Assembly (NCBI GenBank): GCA_964187785.1 | Contig: OZ076409.1 | Span: forward strand, 17,548,001-17,612,000 | DNA from: Amphiscolops sp. MND2022 | Taxonomy: Eukaryota | Direction: 5' to 3' | Length of the DNA: 64,000 nt | Part shown: positions 25,164 through 36,249 of the stretch, piece after piece | Layout: each line of letters opens with the position of its first letter | Numbering within the stretch: the first letter of the stretch is position 1 | Made by a program: the position numbers and the translations under genes | The notes under the pieces: model-generated | The model's database searches: none | The model's input: the letters and a program-made list of their open reading frames with translations, nothing else | Told to the model about the DNA's origin: nothing

Positions 25164-28100
25164 TTAATTGCCTGATCCAAAAGAATCCAAGTGAATACGG
25201 CTCAGTCGTTTCCTCCCGCTCACAAATACTTCACTAGCGGAATCGTCATCGGAGCCAACAACATTAGCTAACTGCAAGTGTTTCGTTCCTCAGGGAATCC
25301 CTCCTGTTCTACGCCCAACTGACTGTCTCGTACGGACACCACTACGACTAGTTGAAGGCATACAACGTCTCGCACCCCTTGGATTCTTAACGGCGGATCT
25401 CTTCTTCTGGGGGGCTGTCTGAGCGGAAAACGGCGCACTAATGCCCAAAGTCACATCAATCTGCCTCCGTGCACTCTTTTTTGACTTAGCACTACTGACA
25501 CCAATGGGACTGCTTCGCCGTCCAGCTCGTGGGGGACTGAATACCTCCACAAGATCCAATTGAGCCAAGACATTCGATCGATAATCATCAATAGGCACAG
25601 TTGAGGTAGTAGTTAGATCATTGGACAATACAGCGTTTCCCAAAGAGAGAGCTTCACTCAGACTTGATTTGATTAATCGATCCCAAGGCCTGCACCGCGC
25701 CTCATCTGTTAATCGGGACACTTGCATATCACTCGTAGAACAAACACGTAGTAGCCCAGTGAGCGATTGACGGGTATGACCCGCAAACATCTTCGAAAAC
25801 CAACTCCTGACAAGATGCAGACTAGAACGCTGAGTATCAACAGACATAGCAGTACCAAACTCATCACTGAAGTTAGGGTTGTAAGTTCCGACAACTGCAA
25901 GTCCAAACAATAGGTTCAGTACTGACAACAACTCTTGACATCGAGACCAAAAAGGATACGAGAACCACATCGTGATTACATCATCCACTGCAGGCATGCC
26001 TTCAATCAAGGCCCACTTGGTTTTGAAAAATTGGGTCACTTCCCGATATTGTCTCAGGGTATTCGCAGCTATGGTGTCGCTCATTAAATTATAACGAGAA
26101 AGAGTAGCACAGGTTCCGACCAAAGCATCAATACAGCGATCATCAGACCCACCATGCACCAACAGTGGATCGAAAGGAGTCAGACTGAAGTGGTCAATAG
26201 CTCCACATTGCCACGTCCCCACAAGCTCCGTGCATATCACTCCCAACAATTTCTGCACTGACCGGTAGAAGAACGGGAGTTGTGTGCGAACGTCATACCG
26301 GAAATACTGACCAAAATGCAGTTGGTACAGACTCTCGTCTATTGTCGAGAAATCGCGCTTCACTGGCTTCAGGAGTGAATCAACTTCATACTCAGCAGGT
26401 ATGGTTGATTCAGGATACACTAAACGCATCAGCCTCCGAACGAATTGTGACAGTTCACGCTCAGCAACCATGTTACTATCACTGCTGCTCCTACACAATC
26501 GAGGACACGTTTCGGCCACTGTAAACACAACGCAACACACGTTAACCCATGCTCATAATTAGTTTGAACGTACCATTTAGAAACAAAAGGGGGGATAAAG
26601 AGTTAAGTCGACAAAAGCCACCAATACCCTGGCTGAACTCAATTACAAAAAAACCATACTAACACAAATCCAAAATGAAACGTAGAACGGCAAAACGAGG
26701 GCGCATCATGGCATCGTCAAATACCTGCCCCTCAAGCGGAGTCACCAGGCGCAACTCAGAAGTCACATTGGGGCGATGAGTTCCAAAATAGACTGCGAGG
26801 TCGTTCCAGTATTCGGCAACTTCTGCACACAAAGCAGCCAACGAAACCACATCACTTCCTCCGACTAGTATAAACTATAACAACAAAAGAAACATCCACG
26901 CAAGAAAAATAAGTAGACCCCGCAAAGTAACACCTCCTCTTCAAAAAAAAATTGGATCAAATGTCCTTTGATATACAACATACTATACATGTATAGTTCA
27001 AAATACTCACTTGTTTCAAACGAGGTAAACGATCCAGAACACTCTCCTGCACCACGGAGGCTAGTCAAACACGCAAATAGTCCAGAACGCTGAGGGGATC
27101 CAGACCCACGAACTCAGCAAGAAAGTGCTTCCTAACAAGGTCAAACAACCACACTTGCGTCACTCGACCCACAACCAAAGGGTCAACGATCCCGACTGAA
27201 GCTGCTAGCGCGTATCCAATGCGAGTATCTGACTCCGTGCTGTACGCCCTCATAGAAGAACCATGTGACAGACTCAACAACACCGGAACAACAGTATCGA
27301 GCATTCGCTTCTCCCAACCGGTCCCGCCGACCACAACACCAAGACGATTGTTTTCACAGCGTAGTCGCACACCACATGACACTCACACAACCAATCTGCT
27401 TCATGTCGTCTGATACTGACACTCGCGCCTTTACCACGAGCTATCAGTTCATCTAACTGCTCCACGACGAACCGATACAATCCATAGGGAACCAGACTCT
27501 GTAAACAAAAGAAAAAAATCAACCTCTTTCTGCACAATTTCAACTATAGCTGCATAGTTGCACACCCAAACATACAGCCACAACCCTTAGATGACATCAT
27601 CACACACAAACAGAAATCGACATGAACTTATGTAGATACATACCTGACATCGTGTGTAGGTTAAGGTGCGGCACTCAACTCGCAGTTCCGTATTCATGGT
27701 GTCCCGCCACGACTCCACCATTTGCATCACATCTCTGAATGTGGTAGTACTACAGAAACTGCTCACAAACTGGCTCAACCACAGGAATGAAACGCTCTCC
27801 TCGCCCAAAACAGGTTTTCCTCAAGAAACCGCTTCAGCCTCTTCAATGGCAACCCTCTCATCAACACTGAGACTCAGCTCTGACTCCAAAAACACAGGCG
27901 GTTCAGACATCCGTGCTCGCCGAATCCGTCTGTCTTCTTCTGCGGACACTGGCCGACAGGCCTTATCAAGTAACGGCATCTGCATCATGATGCGAAACTT
28001 CTGCTCCACACGGGTGTGCTCTACACCCCGCCAATGCTCCCACAAGGAAGACAAACCACGTCCGGCAATGCTGAGGTCGACTTTGCACAACAGGCACCTG

Positions 28101-29431
28101 GCATACCCGTCGACTACGCGCTTATGTCGTGGGAAACCAACAAAGGTCCCCACCACCATACCAGAAACGAAATAGGCCGGCTTCAACGTCTTCACCTTCT
28201 TATTGCGACCTACAATAAAAAACAGCAACTCCAAAAAAAACTTGTGTCGTAAATCGTAATCCTTAACCTAAGTGCTAATACTAAAACCCCTCCCATGATC
28301 TTCTGAGATTTCTTACCAGGTTCAGCAGTAGCGGATGTGGAGATACCCCCCTCTTTCGAAGCCACTGAACGGACACCAGCGAAAGCAGTCGGAACATCGG
28401 ACACTTGACTCAAACTGACAGATCGTGAACTACTGGAATCCAAAGGACTCCCGGGTGCTTCCAACCGCACTGACGGCACACTTGTCACAGCTTGCTCAAC
28501 CCCAGATCCACCAGGCACAGAAGACGCAGCCAAGTGCTCCATTGCTGTTTTCAACTTTCCGATGAACTCCTCGACGGACAACGCACAGACCGATCCCAGC
28601 TCGCCCATTTTGGAATCAATAATTGCTTTGACAGTCCCTGCCAATTCTTTCGTCATCTGCTGAAATGATGACTCCAACTCAGCAATGGTTACAGGCAAGC
28701 CTGTAACAGTCCCTACAACACAACTTAATTTTGACCATATGCTGTGCACCATTCAACATGCAAGATACCGCCAATCCTAACAGTGAACTACGACTGGAAG
28801 TATATTCAACCTAATGGATAACAATCGACTACGTACCTCGCTCATCACCGAGGACAGAACGGAGCCCATCCTCCACAGCAGTTAGTTCAGTAGCACCACT
28901 GACAGCAATACTCCGTTTCGAAGCTAACAGCCTCCGGAGCAAACTCACAATCTCTACGAGTGACAATTCTTCTAAAGTACAATAATGCCTAATTAGCTAC
29001 CACATCAGTTACCCAGAGCATTTGATCCCGGGAAGTACATGCCACAATGCCAGTACCGTGCAAACCACATACTAGCATACCATAATTCAGGATGCTCTGA
29101 AGGAAGATAACCTTCCCTGGTTACTACTTCGAAAAAAAAAAGAACAACGAAATATTGGAAATTGAGGGTACTCACGGAATTCACTCGATAGAGCGATCTC
29201 TAATAACGTGTTGGCTACTTCTTTATTGGCAGCAGTCACTTTCCCAGCGAAACGGCAACAAATTCCTAGACGCTCTCCTGACAGAGTCTCCTCCACAGCA
29301 GCTGTTAACTCACTGCCCACCGAAGAAAAACTTAACTGTGCCAACTCAGTGAACACCCCCTCCGCAGCTAACACAACAGAAGCCACATCAGTCGCAGCCT
29401 GAGACGTCTCCACTTGAGGCGTTGAACTCAT
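25164..29431 (-). pseudogene. antisense 8-exon gene (~1,170 aa) with BED-like zinc finger and hAT-transposase-like C-terminal region; mildly decayed in this copy
   Basis: Exons 29431-29176, 29126-29013, 28971-28837, 28712-28317, 28209-27644, 27498-27011, 26874-26664, 26518-25164; donors GTGAGT, GTAACT, GTACGT, GTAAGA, GTATGT, GTGAGT, GTTAGT; T-rich AG acceptors; phases consistent; three in-frame TGA and one frameshift in exon 6; the exon 4 acceptor is the least certain. Confidence 0.8.
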
Positions 29432-30208
29432 AACGGCAATAACAAGCAAGTCTGAAAAGAATAAAATCAAGGCTAACAATCTGGAAGCATACAGTCGTTT
29501 GCGATTTACTGAGATTCAAATTAACTTCTAAGGATCATGTGGCCTGATCACCAACATTATCTATGCAAAGTTACTACCCGAAAATTTCAAAGGGACAACC
29601 GAATTCCCGTCACCCGTCTACTAATATTTCCTCTAAAACGGTCAACACCTACCCGAAAAATTTGTCAAAATCACAACACGACTTCCTGGCTTATCCTATC
29701 TATAGCCTACTTGCTTAGTTGATACAGTCACTCAGTAAACCGCGGCCGAACTGAACTGCTGAAGAATCGCACCAATGAATATAATGGAGAAAGATTTGTT
29801 TCTCGGTTCTGGCATCGGCGAAGATTTGTTTACAAAGCGCACGACATTTCCACTGCATCTTACTTCCGAACAGTTACCGAATAAGCCGAGTAATTATATT
29901 ACGCTGCCACGTTATTAAATTCCGGCAAATTCACTCTCGCTCTCACTCTCTTACTGCAAACAATGCGCACGATTGGATGACGTGGCTACATTTGCCACAT
30001 CGACTTTATATTTACTCTTGACCGAAGTGGAATGTTCGTAATGCAGTGAACATTTTTCCAAGCATGATGCCGAATCATCCACCATGATGCAGTTGCTATG
30101 ACAACGTCACTGCCATTTCCGACGAATAATCAGCACAAAGCTCAAAGCAGCCGATAGAAACGAACAATTACATCCAACTCTCCTCCACCCCCACCACTTG
30201 CTCTTTTC

Positions 30209-30223
30209 AAAAAAGACCCGGAG
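30209..30223 (+). promoter_or_regulatory. polypurine tract (imperfect)
   Basis: aaaaaagacccggag abuts the 3' LTR. Confidence 0.6.
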
Positions 30224-31409
30224 TGTCATGCCTGACGCATGATAATACTGAACAACGATGCTCTCAACTGAACAACATCAGTAAAAGGTGAACCGACAAT
30301 ACACGCCGAAATGCAAATGGGGAAAAGAATGTAGTTATATACACGGCATCACTAAAACCAAAAAAACTAAAACTCTTCAATTACATCATTTCTACATTAT
30401 TTACATGTCATCACACAACAACCCAATCCCATTTTCATTATAATCATACACTCTTAACATGACTTTTCTCAACCCATTCCTAAAGTGCATCACGTAATGT
30501 AGTTGATATACTATCGTCAGAACTATTTTTAAGTAATTATTTTATTCATTTCTTCATTAGTTAAACCAGGCTATGCTGGTAACTCAACCACTCCATTTTA
30601 TTGCTCAAGCATATAGCGTTAATGACATAAACATATTTCATTCCATCTGTAAGTGATGTTGGTAATATAACCACATCACAGTGCTTTCTAAATTTACATG
30701 TAACGATGGTAATATACCACCATTATAGTGCATTATTACTCATTTCAATTAGTGTAGTAAATTTAACAAACATTATGCGTAGCGATGGCAACGCAACATC
30801 ATCGTAAAGCCTCAAATAGTACAACCACCAGTATATCGCAATTAACACCTCATTAGTAGTGCAGTGCTATTGGTCAATACAGTCACGTTACGTTGTCACG
30901 TGACCGACATTGCGAAAATGATAAGAGGTGCAAAAAGACAGCCATTAACCTTTGGTATAACTTGACGCTCAGTAGCTTACCACATCATTGCGAAAGATTA
31001 ACCTTTCTCTTCAAAACTTAAATTCAACCTTAAAATCCCAATTCAAATTCTTTCAACAATTCCAGTTCTTTATACAAAATGGTAAATACACGATCTCAGG
31101 CAAGAAGTTCCATCCAAGTATTCATGGGTAAAACAAGTAGAAATGACCGTGTTAGTGATTCCGAAAGTGAATGCAGTATTCCCGACCTCCTCACAAGAGA
31201 ACAAATTGATGAATTAGATAATGAAAACCTCATTCATTCTGAACAACACTCCGATCAAATGACTATTGACCAACGTTTCTCGAGTATGAATAGACAAATT
31301 AATGAGCTCACTGGACTAGTATTAGCTTTAACGGAAAAGTTATCCTCCAGTCATGGAGAAGGGATTGATCAAAATACAGTTATCGATAAGACTAACGCAC
31401 GTTCCGACA
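30224..31409 (+). repeat. Gypsy 3' LTR
   Basis: Copy of 12834-14019, followed by TSD CTCCG. Confidence 0.97.
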
Positions 31410-31459
31410 CTCCGGAAGCTAGAAATAGAAAATATACAAGTCGGGGACTTGAAAATTGA
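31079..31459 (+). other. LTR-encoded Gag N-terminus (110 aa) reading 16 codons into flanking DNA
   Basis: MVNTRSQARS...NARSD nearly identical to the gag start; diverges exactly at the LTR end. Confidence 0.85.
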
Positions 31460-33678
31460 TACCTTGTTGGCTTAAATGGCAGATTGTTCCGTTAATTCCC
31501 GAATACTTTTTAGTTTGTTGTTTCGAATTATTGGTGCTACCTTCAGTTTACAAGTTTTTCTATCAGCTCATTACTTGAACTTTTTGGATTAAATAGAGCC
31601 AAAGGGCATTTTTAAGGAAAAAAATAGTCACACAAGATATCGATGCAGAAGCCGTATCCACCATGCAAAAACGCTGCTGATAGAGTTAGAGTCTTGGGAA
31701 ATAATTTCCGACCTCGCTATCTAGAGTTTCTAGGTTTTGTTTGATTTTTAAAAATACTCAAAGGTTCTCATTCAGCCCTTACTCGGCGGGAATGAGCAGA
31801 CATCTACGCGTTTTTTTGTACCTTTTGTAATCAAAATGAGCCGCTTTTAGATATTCAAAACTTGGATGTGATAAGAACCCGTTGTAAAATGAAAATAAAT
31901 TGAATTTACGGTGGAGTTCCTGAGTATGTGCTTTCTTTATCCTAAAAAATCTTTTTTTTCCATGCTATAAATTAATAAGTTTAAGGTATGGATGTTTTCA
32001 AAGCAATCTTCGGTGAACAAATGAGTTCGAAGCTTTGAGAGAATTTGTTAGCATTTGAGATCAATTTAAAAAAACATTTCATGCAGTACGTTGGAACTTT
32101 TTGTTTCAGCAGCAATATTTCGATGATTTTTCCAGTTATGATTGAATGTTAAATGTTTTTCCGATACTGTTCAAATACTGAGTGACTCGATTTTTTGGTA
32201 GGCCTCTTCAGCTTCCTTGAAAAAATTTTCAAAGGTTTCCCATTTATTTTCCATTGAATACCTTTTTTGTTGTACTAAATAGATAGTACTTCAGATTGAT
32301 TTCGCTGCACAAAATGTGTTGACTACAAATTAAATTATCTTCTAGATTTTCTCTAACTTGTAAGATTTTAAAAGACAAGATCACCTACCTGCTGTACAAT
32401 GCCTGTCGAAATAAAGTGTTGACTTTTGCTTTAGAAATAATTTCATACACAAGAAATGTCATTTCAGACATGGCAGACGTTACATGTCACTGATTGATTC
32501 ATTCCGTAGCAGAATTGCCTAATCTGTATCACTACGTTTGTATTCCACAGTTGGTAATTTCAACCGCAATTTATTTTCAAGATAACTGGACTTAAGAGGA
32601 AGAGCCTTGGAATTTTTATATACATGGTCTGTCTACTAAACTTCAGTTCTAACCTATTAAATTTCACATATAGAGACAGAGAGACGCTAGCCTGGGTAGA
32701 GATAGACTATGAGAGAGGAAAAGAGGGAGATGGAAATCTAGGAGACGAAAAAATGACGCTTTTGGCTGATTGTTCATTCAGTGTAAGTGATTGTTTTCTC
32801 CGTCTTTATAGAAGGCGCCAGCTAAAATGAGCTAGCGATTGACTGTCAAAATAGCAATAGAGGATAAATTGTCAAAAGTGCCTTGTTTTGCAGCCTCCGA
32901 AATTTCGATTTTTTTCCAAACAAAAAAAATTTAACAAGTGTATATGAAAGTATATAATGCATATTTTATTGAGCTTTTTTAAGGTTTCCTAAATACAGAA
33001 ACGCAACTCAAACAAAACGATCTCCCTTTTGTGTTTTTTTTCCGAGAATTGTTGCTTCTCAACCGTACTATTTTTTTTTCGTCAGAAAGGTCTAACTTTG
33101 ATTTTTGATCCCATGTTTTGTGTTGTTGAAAAGCTTTTGTCGAGTCTGAAGGATCCCATATAAGGTTTTTTGGCTTCTGAGATTAACCAGACTTTCTCTA
33201 AAAACAAACTCCTGAACAAACTTGAAATGCTGAGTTGAATTTGATCAGTCAACGTTAAAAGAGAGCTCATACCTTTCCTAGGCCCTCAAACAGTCTTCCA
33301 ATTTCTGTATGTATTCGGAAAAATTCCTGAGCCACCAAAACAGTGAGTCGGCGCTTCACTGAAAGCTCAAACAATGCAAAATCTTTTACACAAGGTTAAA
33401 AAATGTTATCAAGGAATGTTTCAGGGAATTGAAAATGCAGAAAAATTAGAAAGAAGGAGGGATTCTTTAGGCGCAAAACACTGCATTTATCAAAAACACT
33501 TCCAGAAAGGAAGGACCCTCATGCGAAGAGAAAAACAGTAAAATGGGAACAATTTGCCACTTCCAGTTCCGTAAAAAGGATTTTTTCTTCAAAATCACTA
33601 GTTGACAATGGGACCGTTCAGTTCAGATAAATGCCTTCAAGATAATAGGAACAAATTAGTACAGGATGAACTTTAGTA

Positions 33679-34215
33679 AACAAGCCGGGAACGGCCCAAG
33701 TCGGCGCCATATCTGAGGCTCAAAAATAGCAAAAGGACTTCAAAGTGTCAAGTATTCTTTTCTTCAGTACCCGCGTGAAGAAAAAATTGAAAAAAATCCG
33801 AATTTTTTTTGATTTTTTTTTCGTTTTTTTTTTGGTCTCCGGTAAGTCGCATAGTGCCGAAAAATAGGCCCTTCGAGAGTTTTCAAACATCCATTGAGCC
33901 AAATAGAAAACAAAATGAAGAGTGGACCCTCTGGAGACATTAAAAATATATTGCGAAAAAAAAACGTCTGACAAAGCCGAAAAAAACCTGCACAAAAAAT
34001 TTTTGGTCGTGGGCGGGACTCGAACCCTTGTCCTTCTGCTTGGCAGACCTCAAAAAAAGCCGTAACCTCTATGCCAAGTGCCAGTGAAGTAATGTGACAC
34101 AGTTTAGTGTTAGTGCCAGTCAACTTATAAAACTTATAATATCTGTCACTTCGTTGGTCTTGAAAAAAGTCACTACTATAGTCTGCGTTTTTCTACGAAA
34201 AGCGCCGACTAAAAA
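33679..34215 (-). mobile_element. Helentron-associated (HINE/DINE-1-like) non-autonomous element
   Basis: Sub-terminal inverted repeats AGTCGGCGC (33699-33707) and GCGCCGACT (34202-34210); hairpin GCCG-GGAA-CGGC (33684-33695) outside one of them; partial inverted repeat at the other end; A/T runs at both ends; related fragments elsewhere in the window. Confidence 0.6.
34004..34082 (-). pseudogene. tRNA-derived segment
   Basis: Minus strand: A-box-like TGGCATAGAGG, stem TCTGC/GCAGA, B box GGTTCGAGTCCC, ends CCA; interrupted by T7; acceptor stem does not pair. Confidence 0.6.
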
Positions 34216-36249
34216 TAGGATGAAATTAGAAGCCTGAATATGTTCAATCCGAATTCCCAATGCTATATTCGAGAGATTTCATGTTTTTAGCGTTCTTTCT
34301 GAAACTGTTTTAAGATGATTCAAAATGAAAATTTTAGCTTTGGCTAGAATGGAAACCCCGGCTTCCCCTTGGCAAAACGTTGAAAAACACTGCGACCTAA
34401 TGTTTAACGTTGTATTCGAAAACATAGTTTTAAAATGTATTTTCATTGTTTCAATTTGAATACAAAAGAAAGCCTAGTGCGGTGTTTGATCCTGACAGCG
34501 AAAACCATGTGTTAGTAAATGATTTCATACTTTTTTCCTAATGACACCAAGTATACTGGAAACAGAAATTAGGCAAAGATAAAATAGAAATTATAAATTT
34601 CAAGTCGGTTATACCCTAGCTTGGAAAAAATAGAAATTTTAGACTCATTTTGCAAGTTTCATTCAAACACGTGATTCTTGCAAGTTGCTTGCATGCCGAT
34701 ATTAATCTTGTGAGAAGCTTGAAAGACTATGCAAGTCTTGCAAGACGATGAAGGAGAATTTTGCAATACAAGTGACTTGAAAGCTTGGCATTATAAACCT
34801 TCAACAGACGATTCTCGCAGAGCGCGAGAAGCAGCTAAAATTGACCACTTACAAAAAACTATACTGTGAATTGGGAAACGCTTTTATTTCAGCCGAACCC
34901 TTCAGTTATTCCCATCTTTTTCAGTTTCTTAGTGTTCGCGATTTGTCCCCATGCCTCTTGTTAAAATTCCCAACAATCATTTTAGGCTTTTCTGTTTCAA
35001 AAACAGCAGTAACATGTTTCCGTTGATTGACTCCAGTTGATTAAGAACAATATTGCTGAGGTAAAAAGTACTTCAACTGTTTTTTAACCAGTACTTTCAA
35101 CTAGTATACAAAAATATATGATTATTGTTACAAGAAGTTGAAATGATTTAACCATCAGTCCCTGCTCGATTTGTACCGTGAAAAGTATAAATGACAATGA
35201 ATCGGCAGAAACATTGGATGTAAGGCGGAAACGTCAAAGATTGGTACAAAAGGGGCGTTTTTTCGCTGTGAGTTAATTAAGCTATGTTATGTCATATGCC
35301 ATTGTTGGCACTAATAGTCAGAACCGCAGCCCGAATCATTAGGACGCAGCATTGCAATGGGGCTCGAGCTTTCGGGCAACAGTAGTTTCGGCTTTGTTTC
35401 ATTGGAGTTTCAAAGGAGTTTTAAAGATGAAAGCAAACAAAATATTATTAGTAATTGAAGTCTATGGAACAATTTCTAGCTTTTAACTATGAAACTAGAG
35501 AAGTTAAGAATGGCCGACTGGTTGATTTTTTTTTCATATATAAAAGACGGGAGGGGGTAATGAAAACTGTTTTTACATTGAAATTAAGCAGTTTCATAGA
35601 CTTGAACTGTCTGAACATATATGGCAACATCATTTGAAAATGGCCCTTTATTTGAAAGAATGAAAATTCCCTCTCAATACTTTGGATGAAAATCAATATG
35701 TTGCGACTGAGTGGGTTGCCCACAAAAGATGCATTTTTATTGAAAGCTTTTGCTTGCAGGTATTAATTATCATGTTAAAGTGTATGGGTGTTTTATACCT
35801 TTTGGAAGAAGGTTCAAACTCGGGTTTAAAATGACACAAGATGAAACATTGGTGAAGATGTTTTAAACAATGAAACACGTGTATTTCCGTTTCAACAACG
35901 TGAACAAGTTTGAACTAATAATTTTGAGTTTATCATAACAGTGTCAATTTAAACAAAAGGTAATTTGTCACGAGAAATGCATCGTGGGTCGTATCAAAAT
36001 TTTAATTGCAGATTAGTGAAGCCTTTAAAGTCTAGCTTCAAATATTTCCAAAAGTTGCATTTTCAAAACAGTATTCCAGGAGAAACAAAGAATCGTAAAT
36101 CTGTTCAAAAATCACGATGTGTTTACAGCGTTAGCAAGATATTGAAAGGGAACCACCGTACAACACAGTGCGAAAAGTCCCAAACTGCCAGCAATTATTG
36201 TGGTGGGCTATAGAGACAATCTTGATTGTGCCATCAAAGTTTTGGAAAA

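Larger units (their letters stand above)
12834..31409 (+). mobile_element. Ty3/Gypsy LTR retrotransposon, 18,576 bp, both ends intact
   Basis: Two 1,186-bp LTRs TGTC...GACA; 5-bp TSD CTCCG (12829-12833, 31410-31414); PBS and PPT; gag-PR-RT-RH-IN order. Confidence 0.97.

Noticed and set aside
25290..27823. TGA recoding (Sec/Trp) in the antisense gene
   Set aside because: The same copy has a frameshift and pol is decayed; point mutation is the simpler explanation
28713..28794. Earlier acceptor (cttccag) extending exon 4
   Set aside because: Same frame but includes TAG and TGA; the acceptor at 28713 avoids them, though the longer exon cannot be excluded in the family consensus
23587..30223. 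env gene in the 3' region of the Gypsy
   Set aside because: No long sense ORF, signal peptide, furin site or transmembrane anchor; the coding signal is antisense and spliced
34004..34082. Functional tRNA gene
   Set aside because: Internal T7 would terminate Pol III, the acceptor stem does not pair, and it sits inside a repeat
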